Assembly: GCA_003193925.1 (NCBI GenBank)
Contig: PSPG01000007.1
Coordinates: 13,612 to 77,611 of the forward strand
Length of the DNA stretch: 64,000 nt
Source of the DNA: Candidatus Thalassarchaeum betae
GTDB lineage: Archaea; Thermoplasmatota; Poseidoniia; Poseidoniales; Thalassarchaeaceae
Direction of reading: 5' to 3'
Both the position numbers and the translations under genes were made by a program. This document shows positions 19,759-27,450 of this stretch, in pieces. Below the pieces are notes generated by a model. That model had not been told where the DNA came from, searched no databases, and was given only the letters and a program-made list of their open reading frames with translations. Each line of letters starts with the position of its first letter. Positions within the stretch are counted from its first letter, which is position 1.

Positions 19759-20388
19759 TCAGCAGCGCTCGCACTGAGCGCCCCAGAGGTGGTTGGCGAG
19801 AAGCACCAGGTCGAGCACGTTGACCGCGTGGTCACCGTTGATGTCGGCCCCTGCCATCGAAGCAGGTGCGTCCCCGTAGCCGAGGATATACTGCACCATG
19901 ACGATGAAATCGCCGAGGTCGACGCTGCCGTCGCCGTTCGCGTCACCGCGAAGCGTGCGCACGGGCTGCAGCTCGGAGATCGCTACCACAGGCTTGTCGG
20001 CCTTGCTAGCGCTGGTCTTGGCCCGGCTGTCCAGCGACTGCGCGCCGGAGTCGGACTCGTCCTCCCCCCAGAGATAGTCAGCCAGCAGCACCAGGTCGGC
20101 AACGTCGACCGAGCGGTCGCCGTTGATATCGGCCTGTGCCATCGAAGCAGGTGCGTCCCCGTAGCCGAGGATATACTGCACCATCACGATGAAGTCGCCG
20201 ATGTCGACGCTTCCGTCGTCGTTCGCGTCACCGCGGAGGTAACGCACGTCGAAGGGAGCAGCCTCAGCTGACTCGCCATCCATGTCTTTCGTCGTTTCAA
20301 CGTCCCCGATGTATTCACCAGAGACGAGGCCTGCCGTGCCGGCCAAAAAGATCAGCGCGGCGATTGTTAGGTCCACTGTTCGGTCCAT
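19759..20388 (-). CDS. Secreted protein consisting of two dockerin type I-like domains
   Basis: Hydrophobic N-terminus. Two copies of GDANxDGSVDxGDFIVMVQYILG...ADINGDxxVxVxDLVLLAxxLWG. Ends in CERC. Confidence 0.85.
   Translation of the reverse strand: MDRTVDLTIAALIFLAGTAGLVSGEYIGDVETTKDMDGESAEAAPFDVRYLRGDANDDGSVDIGDFIVMVQYILGYGDAPASMAQADINGDRSVDVADLVLLADYLWGEDESDSGAQSLDSRAKTSASKADKPVVAISELQPVRTLRGDANGDGSVDLGDFIVMVQYILGYGDAPASMAGADINGDHAVNVLDLVLLANHLWGAQCERC
19780..20240 (-). repeat. Intragenic tandem duplication of the dockerin domain (285-bp period)
   Basis: 48 bp are identical at 19852-19899 and 20137-20184. Confidence 0.9.
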
Positions 20389-20425
20389 GAAACAACCCCA
20401 TCGGTGTACTAGACATAAGTAACTT

Positions 20426-20445
20426 GGTTCAATGATTGGACATTC
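20426..20445 (-). promoter_or_regulatory. Shared upstream motif, copy 2 (dockerin gene)
   Basis: + strand GGTTCAATGATTGGACATTC begins 38 bp from the ATG. 15/20 identical to copy 1, including 11 contiguous bases (ATGATTGGACA). Confidence 0.6.
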
Positions 20446-20458
20446 TTCAACGCCGAGA

Positions 20459-20725
20459 AGGTGAATCAGAGGGTAGGGAATCCACTACCGAGCAGTCACT
20501 CGGTGGGTATGCAGCAGAATTGGTTGGTTGGGCTTACCGAGGCACCCATGAAACTAGCAACCAATGGATAGGGTTCACCTAGGAACCCACGCGACCACTA
20601 GTGGTTAGTTGGGTTCCCTACCTACTACCCGTGGTTGATAGGGCCCCCCCATACCCCATTCAACCACCCGTGATGGATAGGGGGCCCCTTGCAACCTACC
20701 ATTCAAGCAGGGCACCCCCTTCTGC
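20459..20725. other. Non-coding cluster of inverted repeats (candidate structured RNA or DNA element)
   Basis: At least five stems, including the dyad GGAACCCA-N4-ACCACTAGTGGT-N4-TGGGTTCC (20582-20617). GATAGGG occurs three times. Confidence 0.55.
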
Positions 20726-20729
20726 AATC

Positions 20730-20861
20730 GTGGCCAAGGACGACACTAGCACGATGTTCAAGCTCGGGACATTCGACGGTTTGAGCCCACGATCTCTCGT
20801 GCTGCAAGGCTTGGGCTTGGGCGTAGTGGCTGCCGTATTGTGGTGGTATCCCGGTCCATGA
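20730..20861 (+). CDS. Putative small single-TM protein
   Basis: (VAKDDTST)MFKLGTFDGLSPRSLVLQGLGLGVVAAVLWWYPGP*. The stop overlaps the GNAT start as ATGA. Start is 20730 (GTG) or 20754 (ATG). Confidence 0.45.
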   Translation: MAKDDTSTMFKLGTFDGLSPRSLVLQGLGLGVVAAVLWWYPGP

Positions 20862-21334
20862 TCCGTGAATGCCTCGAAGACGATTTTGAAGCGATCTACG
20901 AGATCATCAACGACGCCGCACAAGCTTATCGGGGAATCATCCCACCCGACCGTTGGCACGACCCGTACATGCCTCGAGGAGAACTTCGGGAGGAGATATC
21001 GGCCGGGGTCGCTTTCCTGGGTTATGAAAAAGAGGGGGAGTTGGCCGGGGTGATGGGGACACAAGACGTTCAGGACGTGACGCTGATCCGTCACGCCTAC
21101 GTGCGCACCGCGCATCGCAACCAGGGCATCGGCGGGGAGCTCTTGGGCCAGATTATGGACGGGGCAACCCGTCCGGTCTTGATAGGCACCTGGGCCGATG
21201 CGTTCTGGGCGATCCATTTCTACGAACGCCACGGTTTCACAGTGGTCTCACCGGGGGAGAAGGAACGGCTGCTGCGGAAGTATTGGAGCGTGCCAGACCG
21301 TCAGATTGTGACGTCCGTGGTGCTGGCCGCCTAG
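20858..21334 (+). CDS. GNAT family N-acetyltransferase
   Basis: Acetyl-CoA motif YVRTAHRNQGIGGELL and WAIHFYERHGF. Confidence 0.9.
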   Translation: MIRECLEDDFEAIYEIINDAAQAYRGIIPPDRWHDPYMPRGELREEISAGVAFLGYEKEGELAGVMGTQDVQDVTLIRHAYVRTAHRNQGIGGELLGQIMDGATRPVLIGTWADAFWAIHFYERHGFTVVSPGEKERLLRKYWSVPDRQIVTSVVLAA

Positions 21335-21338
21335 TGAT

Positions 21339-22181
21339 TCAGGCTGCAGCCTCGACCCGGGCGACCTCTCTGGAGGAGATCAGCACGTTCTTCCCGGTAT
21401 CGGAGAGTCGCCACTTGGGGCGTCTGGCCTCCGTGGCTGGCTCGACCATCCTGCCGTTGCGCAGCTCGCTCAGGTGGTGGCTCAGCAGCTGCCGCGAGAT
21501 GGCCAGCTTAACGCGGATCTCGGTGCCCGAGAGCCCGATGTTGCCCGACTCCGCCAGCACTTCGAGGATCGCCAGGCGGGTGCCGGCGATCGGGTTGCGA
21601 ATCCGGCTGACCGCCTCCTTGGTCAGGCTGGCGATGGCGTAACGGCGCAGCTTGCCGTCCCTCCACGAGATGATTTGGCCTTGTGACTCGAGGGTGTGGA
21701 GGTGGTATGCGGTGACTCCGTTGGCAAGGCCCAGGGCGTCACGCAGGGCGGAGAAGTGGATTCCCGCGTTCGCCTCGAGGTAACCGAGCAGCCTACCGCG
21801 GGTGAGCATGTCATCGCGGTTGCTCTTCATCCTAGCGAGCATCGGGGAGACCAGTGCGACGAGCACGGTGACCCGCATCACCTCGAACAGGATCGAGCCG
21901 AGTGCAAGCGAGCCGAGAGCGCCCACCCCGCCGGCGAGAAGTCGGGCGGGCAGGTCGGAGGCGGAGTCGTCGTCCTTCTCCCCGCGCTTCAGTACGGGCC
22001 CCCCGTCCGAGCTCTCCGAGTCCCCCGAAGAGTCCTCTTCGGCAAACGTGGGGGCCGTGCCCCTATCGTCATCGACGGTGTCGACGATGTCGTCGACGGG
22101 GGCGTTCATCATCCAGCCCCCGGCGAGCATCGCAGCCACCGCCAGAGCGGTCACGAAACGCACCGTCCGGACGCCTTCCAT
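21339..22181 (-). CDS. Membrane-anchored transcriptional regulator with two winged-helix domains (COG3398-like)
   Basis: Two hydrophobic segments flank an acidic linker. RGRLLGYLEANAGIHFSALRDALGLANGVTAYHLHTLE is followed by a second HTH, LAISRQLLSHHLSEL. Confidence 0.82.
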   Translation of the reverse strand: MEGVRTVRFVTALAVAAMLAGGWMMNAPVDDIVDTVDDDRGTAPTFAEEDSSGDSESSDGGPVLKRGEKDDDSASDLPARLLAGGVGALGSLALGSILFEVMRVTVLVALVSPMLARMKSNRDDMLTRGRLLGYLEANAGIHFSALRDALGLANGVTAYHLHTLESQGQIISWRDGKLRRYAIASLTKEAVSRIRNPIAGTRLAILEVLAESGNIGLSGTEIRVKLAISRQLLSHHLSELRNGRMVEPATEARRPKWRLSDTGKNVLISSREVARVEAAA

Positions 22182-22217
22182 CACTCTGCGCAACCCTCCT
22201 TCACCTATGACTGCCGT

Positions 22218-22237
22218 GGTGAATTGGTTTGACAAAT
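22218..22237 (-). promoter_or_regulatory. Shared upstream motif, copy 3 (wHTH regulator gene)
   Basis: + strand GGTGAATTGGTTTGACAAAT begins 37 bp from the ATG at 22181. 15/20 identical to copy 1. Confidence 0.5.
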
Positions 22238-22283
22238 CAGAGTGGTGTTGAATAGTGGAACTCCCATCACGGGCCGAGCAGCG

Positions 22284-23315
22284 ATGGCCGAGGAGTCAGA
22301 TGTTACCATTGGTGACGACGACGAGCGAGCGGAGGCCATGCTTACCGCAGCCCGCTCTGTAGTGAGGACCTGTATGCAGGTCCGGCCTCACGAGCACGTG
22401 CTGGTGGTCACCGACCCGTCGACTTCCAAGGTCGGGCGCTCCTTGTACGAGGCAGCGGCTGAGGTCACCGATAGGATACTCATGATGATGATGCCGCGCA
22501 GCCACAGGCAGGGCAACGAGCCACCTTCATCCGTCGGCGACCTGATGCGTCGCCAGAACGTGGTACTGCTCGCCACTCGCAATTCCCTGACCCACACCCG
22601 TGCGAGAATCACCGCCTCACGAGAGGGAGCTAGGATAGCCTCGATGCCCGGCATCGATGAGGAGATGCTGGCAATCGGCGGGATGACCGCTGACTACAAC
22701 GCCCTGCAGCGTGAGATATCGGGCCTCAACCCAATACTTCGCAGGCGTCGCGACGTCCGTGTCACGAGTCCGGCCGGGACCGACGTCAAATTCCGCACCG
22801 GCGCCAGATGGGTCTTGGAGGACAACGGCATCTGCAACCGGCCGGGACAGATCGCCAACCTGCCTGCAGGGAAGGTGTTCGTCCTCCCGAAAGAGGGGTC
22901 GATGAACGGCAAGGTCGTAATAGACGGCTCGTGGGAAGGGGAACTGCTCGATGAGCCGTTGATTTTCCTCGTAGAGGACGGTCTGGTCGTAGGCATCACA
23001 GGCGGCGAGCTCGCTGAGAGCGTCCAATCTGTCCTGGACGAGGCCAAGGTCGGGCTGCGCCAGTCCAAGGCCGGCCTGGTCAACACGGTCGCCGAGTTCG
23101 GCTTCGGGATGAACTCACGAGCCAGACTGACCGGAAACAGGCTCGAGGATCAGGTGGTTCGCGGCTCCGCTTACTTCGGATTCGGCGACAACACCGCCCT
23201 CGGTGGGAGTGCGAATGTCGGAGTGCACATGCGCGGTGTCATGCTCAAACCGAGCATCGAGCTCAATGACGTCGATCTCGTGCTCAAGGGCAAGGTCACT
23301 GCCCGCAAGAGGTGA
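22284..23315 (+). CDS. M29 (aminopeptidase T/II-like) homolog with degenerate metal site
   Basis: Family features GARIASMPGI, VTSPAGTD, NLPAGKVF, AEFGFGMN, FGFGDN. Several ligands are substituted. Confidence 0.8.
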   Translation: MAEESDVTIGDDDERAEAMLTAARSVVRTCMQVRPHEHVLVVTDPSTSKVGRSLYEAAAEVTDRILMMMMPRSHRQGNEPPSSVGDLMRRQNVVLLATRNSLTHTRARITASREGARIASMPGIDEEMLAIGGMTADYNALQREISGLNPILRRRRDVRVTSPAGTDVKFRTGARWVLEDNGICNRPGQIANLPAGKVFVLPKEGSMNGKVVIDGSWEGELLDEPLIFLVEDGLVVGITGGELAESVQSVLDEAKVGLRQSKAGLVNTVAEFGFGMNSRARLTGNRLEDQVVRGSAYFGFGDNTALGGSANVGVHMRGVMLKPSIELNDVDLVLKGKVTARKR

Positions 23316-23935
23316 TGCCAGTGCGAGCTCTCCTCTGGTGCAACGGCCAGCAGCCATCCTCGCATGTCGCAGAGGCCCTGCTGCAGGCCGGCTCGACGCC
23401 CTTCGGGGTCGATGGTGGTGCTGACAAGGCCGCTAGGGCGGGAATCGTGGTCGAGGAGGTCCTCGGTGATCTCGATTCGGTGGAGCTCGGCCAATGGGAG
23501 GGCAGGACCCACGAACTGCCCGACGACTCCAGCAGCGACTTGGCCAAGTCGATTGCGCTGCTCATCGAGCGGGGCTACAGCGAGATTGACGTGGTGGGCT
23601 CCGACGGAGGCTCGACGGACCACGTCTTGGGAAACTGGGCTGCGCTCTGCGAGGCCCCGGGAGGGGCTCGCATCCGCCTTCATCACGAGGATGCCGTCAC
23701 CCACCGGCTCCACCCACAGGATGGTGGCTTGGAGCTTGAGATCAGAGAGGGCAATGAGTTCTCAGTGTTCGCTCTGAGCCCCTGCAGCAGCGTCCATCTG
23801 CAAGGAGCCGAGTGGAATCTGGACGGAGAGGCTCTGAGCCTCTCCACCAGAGGGTTGCACAACCGAGGCACTGGAGACGTCGTTCGGATTCAGGCCGACG
23901 GGATTCTCGCCGTAATCGTCCCGAGATGGGAATGA
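23312..23935 (+). CDS. thiN: Thiamine pyrophosphokinase
   Basis: VDGGAD, LGDLDS, SSDLAKSI, GGSTDHVLGN, TRGLHN. Confidence 0.82.
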   Translation: MMPVRALLWCNGQQPSSHVAEALLQAGSTPFGVDGGADKAARAGIVVEEVLGDLDSVELGQWEGRTHELPDDSSSDLAKSIALLIERGYSEIDVVGSDGGSTDHVLGNWAALCEAPGGARIRLHHEDAVTHRLHPQDGGLELEIREGNEFSVFALSPCSSVHLQGAEWNLDGEALSLSTRGLHNRGTGDVVRIQADGILAVIVPRWE

Positions 23936-25006
23936 TCACTCCTCTTCGGCTACCTTCGGGTCGCGTGAGAGCATCATCGCGATCGGCCGGGTCCTCGGGT
24001 CGGACTCCAGCGCGATTTTCATGATGACTGCTAGAGGCACACCGAGTACCATTCCCATGATGCCCCACGCCCAACCCCAGAAGGCCACTAGCAAGAGCAG
24101 TACGATCGGTGACATGTCGAGCCTCTGTCCGGCTAGCTGGGGCTCGACCAAGGCGCCCCATACCTGCTGGTTGGTCACGAGTACCACGATGAGTATGATG
24201 GCCCATGTCGGTGAGAGGATGATGAGGCCCAGTAAGATCGGTGGAATCAGGGATATCAGCGCCCCGACGTAGGGGATGAAATCCATCATGAAGGTGATAG
24301 AGGCCCACATGAACCAGCCGGGGACATCGAGATACCAGAGCATTATCCCGGCGATCACGGCCTGCCCGAAGGCTACGGTGGCCCTCGTCACGACGTAGGT
24401 GTTGATCCCCTCCCCGGCGTTGCTCGTGATGTCCTCGATGCGCTCGGCGTCACTCGGGTATGCCGCCTTGACCCTGCGTGGGAGGGTCTCGGCCTCGAGT
24501 ATGATGAAGAGCAGGAAGATGAAGACGGTGGCCACGTTTACGGTGAAACTCGCGAGAGAGCCTACGAACGAGGCGATGTACTGGTCGATGGTCTCCACAG
24601 AGAAGAGTTCCGTCAGCCCGCTGATGTCGAAACTGTAGCCCATTATCGAGATTCCCTCGAGCCACGTGACCTTGTCGTTGAGTTGTTGGGTCAACATAGG
24701 GACCTCATCGGTGAAGGCCGTGAGGTTGGCGTACAGGAGCTGCGAGGCCATCCACAGCACGAGGAAGAGCATGGCCACCAAAACGCCGTAGGGCATCAAT
24801 GGATGGGCGTACTTCCCCTGCATCAGCGGCCGCTCCTCCAGCCATTGCGCAGCAGGCCGTATCAGTAGGAAGAGCAGCACAGCGATCACCAGTGGCTGTA
24901 TGACCACTTGGAGGCGGGTAATGGCCAAGACCGAGACCAGCAGGATGATCGCTATGTTCGCCACTGTGGCAGACTGCAAATCACTCAGGCTCTGTCCCTT
25001 TCCCAT
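23936..25006 (-). CDS. AI-2E (PerM) family transporter
   Basis: FIPYVGALI, VEPQLAGQRLDMSP, WGWAWGIMGMVLGVPL. Confidence 0.88.
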   Translation of the reverse strand: MGKGQSLSDLQSATVANIAIILLVSVLAITRLQVVIQPLVIAVLLFLLIRPAAQWLEERPLMQGKYAHPLMPYGVLVAMLFLVLWMASQLLYANLTAFTDEVPMLTQQLNDKVTWLEGISIMGYSFDISGLTELFSVETIDQYIASFVGSLASFTVNVATVFIFLLFIILEAETLPRRVKAAYPSDAERIEDITSNAGEGINTYVVTRATVAFGQAVIAGIMLWYLDVPGWFMWASITFMMDFIPYVGALISLIPPILLGLIILSPTWAIILIVVLVTNQQVWGALVEPQLAGQRLDMSPIVLLLLVAFWGWAWGIMGMVLGVPLAVIMKIALESDPRTRPIAMMLSRDPKVAEEE

Positions 25007-25060
25007 GCTCTCCCCCGTCTGCGCTAATGCGTACTACGCATCAATAATTCCCCGGCCCCT

Positions 25061-26302
25061 TCAGCTCCCGGATGCCCTTTCGTATATCCCGATGAAGCGC
25101 TCTGCATCGTAATCGTAGGTGAATCGATCTAGAACTCTGCGACGCCCGGCTTCGCCCTTCTCCAGCATAGTCGCCCTATCTGACATCTCTGTTAGGATGG
25201 CATCGGCCATCGAGTCCGCATCTCCCATGGTGAACAGTCCGCCGACGCTGTCGTCGACCATCTCGGGCAGCGGTCCGTGATCCACTGTCACTACCGGCGT
25301 GCCAGATGCCATCGCCTCCAGCGGGATGAGGCCCTGGCCTTCGTAGTACGAGGGGTAGACGACCAGGTCGGCCGAGCGGAACAGCGCGGCGAGCTCCTCG
25401 AACGGCATCCCGGACTCTATGGTCACCGCGTCGCCGATCCCGAGTTTTCTCGCCTGGCTCTCCAGACGCGAGCGCAGATGTCCCCTGCCGACGATCACCA
25501 AGCGGGCGGCCGGGGCAGAGACGCGGACCTTGGCGAAGGCCTTCAGGAGCGAGCCGTGGCCCTTCCTAGCAGCTAGTCTACCGACTGCGAGAAGGAGGGT
25601 GGAATCGCTTGACTGAGCGCCAAATCTCTGGCGAATTGCTGCGTGTCTCGACATCGCGTCCTCGTCATCGCGGTGCAGCGGGAAGAACATGCTGGTGTCG
25701 ACACCCCAGTGAACCACCTCGCAGTCCCAGTCAGGTGGTGGCGAGTACCGGGACTCGAAGTCGCGCTTGGTGGCGAGCGAGTTCGAAACGCAGACATTCG
25801 AGCCGTTGATGGCGGCTCGCTCGTAGCCGGCGTAGTGCTTGGCGGTGAGGAGTATCGCGAGGTCGTTTGGATTGGCCCACACCGCCGCTTCTCTCTGCTC
25901 TGAGGCGGCAACGAGGCCATCGCGCTCGCCCAGCCACGAGCCGTGCAGCGAGGATACGACCGGGGCGACGTTGTCGCGGCAGCGGGCGAACTGCCCCGCG
26001 CTCCAGGATATCATCGGGCAGTGGAGGTGGACGATGTCGACAGGTGCCCTGGCATGCAGGCGCTTCAGTGCACGCATCGCGCTGCGGCCGTACGAGCGGG
26101 TGAAGGCCATGGGAATCGGGACCCAGCCCACGGTCAGCACCTCGACCCCCTCGATTCGGGGCGGCTGGCCGCCTCCGCCGGAGCGCGTGATCACCGTGAC
26201 TCGGTGCCCCTTCGCAGCGAGCGCTGTCGACAGATGGTACACAGTGGAGCCCATTCCGCCCCAACGGGGCGGATATTCGGCTGACAGCATGGCAATGTGC
26301 AT
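25061..26302 (-). CDS. Glycosyltransferase family 4
   Basis: EYPPRWGG, VGRLAARKG, PSYYEGQGLIPLEAMASGTPVV. Confidence 0.92.
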   Translation of the reverse strand: MHIAMLSAEYPPRWGGMGSTVYHLSTALAAKGHRVTVITRSGGGGQPPRIEGVEVLTVGWVPIPMAFTRSYGRSAMRALKRLHARAPVDIVHLHCPMISWSAGQFARCRDNVAPVVSSLHGSWLGERDGLVAASEQREAAVWANPNDLAILLTAKHYAGYERAAINGSNVCVSNSLATKRDFESRYSPPPDWDCEVVHWGVDTSMFFPLHRDDEDAMSRHAAIRQRFGAQSSDSTLLLAVGRLAARKGHGSLLKAFAKVRVSAPAARLVIVGRGHLRSRLESQARKLGIGDAVTIESGMPFEELAALFRSADLVVYPSYYEGQGLIPLEAMASGTPVVTVDHGPLPEMVDDSVGGLFTMGDADSMADAILTEMSDRATMLEKGEAGRRRVLDRFTYDYDAERFIGIYERASGS

Positions 26303-26408
26303 CGCTACCCTCCGCTTTGCGCTCAGACCCCCGCCTTTCAAGCGAACGGACTCAGGGCAGGTATTCGCATCATTCAAAGCAGGACCTCCGGTGGCCCGCC
26401 CTGATAGC

Positions 26409-27140
26409 ATGGCCGAGATCCTGCCCGTCCATGTCACCGTGGTCATCCCCACTCGCAACGAGGAGGCCGCCATCGTGGACACCATCCGATCGGTGCCGAA
26501 TGACGGCTGGTGCGAGAAGCTGGACTTCCTCATCATTGACGGCAACTCGACTGATCGCACCCGAGAGCTGGCAGAGGGCGAGGGGGCGGCGGTTTACCTA
26601 GAGTCTCGCAAGGGCTACGGTAGGGCCTACAAGACAGGCTTCGCGGTGGCCCCCGGCGAGATCATCGTGACCATGGACGCCGACTGCACCTACCCGGGTG
26701 AGGAGGTTCCCGGACTCGTACGCAAGCTGCTCGACGAGGGTCTGCAGTGGATCACCTGCGACCGTCTCCGACGCGCAGAGGAGGGGGCGATGCCCGGGGT
26801 GCACGGCTTCGGCAACTGGGTCCTCTCGACAACTGCCACTGTGCTGTACTGGTACGGCATCCACGACTCCCAGAGTGGGATGTGGGTGTTTCGCAAGTCA
26901 ATTTTCGAGGACGAGCACGTACGCCCCAAGCACGACGGCATGCCGCTCTCTCAGGAGTTCAAGATTCGAGCTCGCCGTTATCTAGGCAAGCAGATGACCA
27001 CCGAGGTCAGCGTCCCATACCGCCCGCGTGTCGGGGAGGCTGAGATCAACACCTGGGGGGACGGTCTTCTCAATCTGAGATTCCTGTTTACACACAGGCT
27101 AGGTCTGACCCGACAAGTCACGCCTTGGGGCCCTGAATGA
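26409..27140 (+). CDS. Glycosyltransferase family 2 (DPM1-like)
   Basis: VVIPTRNEE, IDGNSTDRT, GYGRAY, MDADCTYP, DSQSG, YRPRVGE. Confidence 0.9.
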   Translation: MAEILPVHVTVVIPTRNEEAAIVDTIRSVPNDGWCEKLDFLIIDGNSTDRTRELAEGEGAAVYLESRKGYGRAYKTGFAVAPGEIIVTMDADCTYPGEEVPGLVRKLLDEGLQWITCDRLRRAEEGAMPGVHGFGNWVLSTTATVLYWYGIHDSQSGMWVFRKSIFEDEHVRPKHDGMPLSQEFKIRARRYLGKQMTTEVSVPYRPRVGEAEINTWGDGLLNLRFLFTHRLGLTRQVTPWGPE

Positions 27141-27156
27141 CGGAACATAGGGTACC

Positions 27157-27414
27157 CTATGGAACAGTTTGCCGATCCAGCCGCGCTCCATCGATCTGCG
27201 GCGCATGCCGCTTGACGTCGACCCACCGGGCCAGCGGCCCATCGACTGAATCGATCACCATGGCGACGAACATCCAGAAGAAGGCCAGCCGGTAGTTCTC
27301 GACGAAGATCGCTTCCAACGACAGCAGCGCCCAGAGCGCACCGGACGCCGTGCCCAGGTGCACAGACATGGCGAGTGCTCGCCATTGCGGGCTGGTGCCG
27401 TTGTCTTGGCTCAC
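27157..27414 (-). pseudogene. Truncated phosphatidylcholine synthase (Pcs)-like CDP-alcohol phosphatidyltransferase
   Basis: VHLGTASGA...IDSVDGPLARWVDVK...DGARLD, then RQTVP*. It lacks the fourth Asp of the CDP-alcohol phosphotransferase motif and the remaining TM helices. Confidence 0.72.
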
Positions 27415-27450
27415 GGGCTTCTGCTGCTGCTCCGACCCCTTGAATCCTCG

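Noticed and set aside
17763-20442. 11-bp direct repeat ATGATTGGACA as a target-site duplication of a mobile element
   Set aside because: There is no transposase or terminal inverted repeat. Both copies sit at the same distance from start codons, which favours a regulatory motif.
20459-20725. Hairpin cluster as RNase P RNA, SRP RNA, tRNA, CRISPR or a canonical ORB origin
   Set aside because: It lacks GAGGAAAGTCC (RNase P), the SRP helix-8 motif, a T-loop cloverleaf, regularly spaced identical repeats and a TTCCAGTGGAAAC-like ORB. No cdc6 is nearby.
20730-21334. Small ORF + GNAT as a type II toxin-antitoxin pair
   Set aside because: The upstream peptide is hydrophobic rather than a ribbon-helix-helix antitoxin, and the GNAT looks like an ordinary small-molecule acetyltransferase.
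25839-26560. Apparent long overlap of the divergent GT4 and GT2 ORFs
   Set aside because: This is an artefact of longest-ORF calling. Homology-supported starts (26302 and 26409) leave a normal ~106-bp divergent promoter gap.
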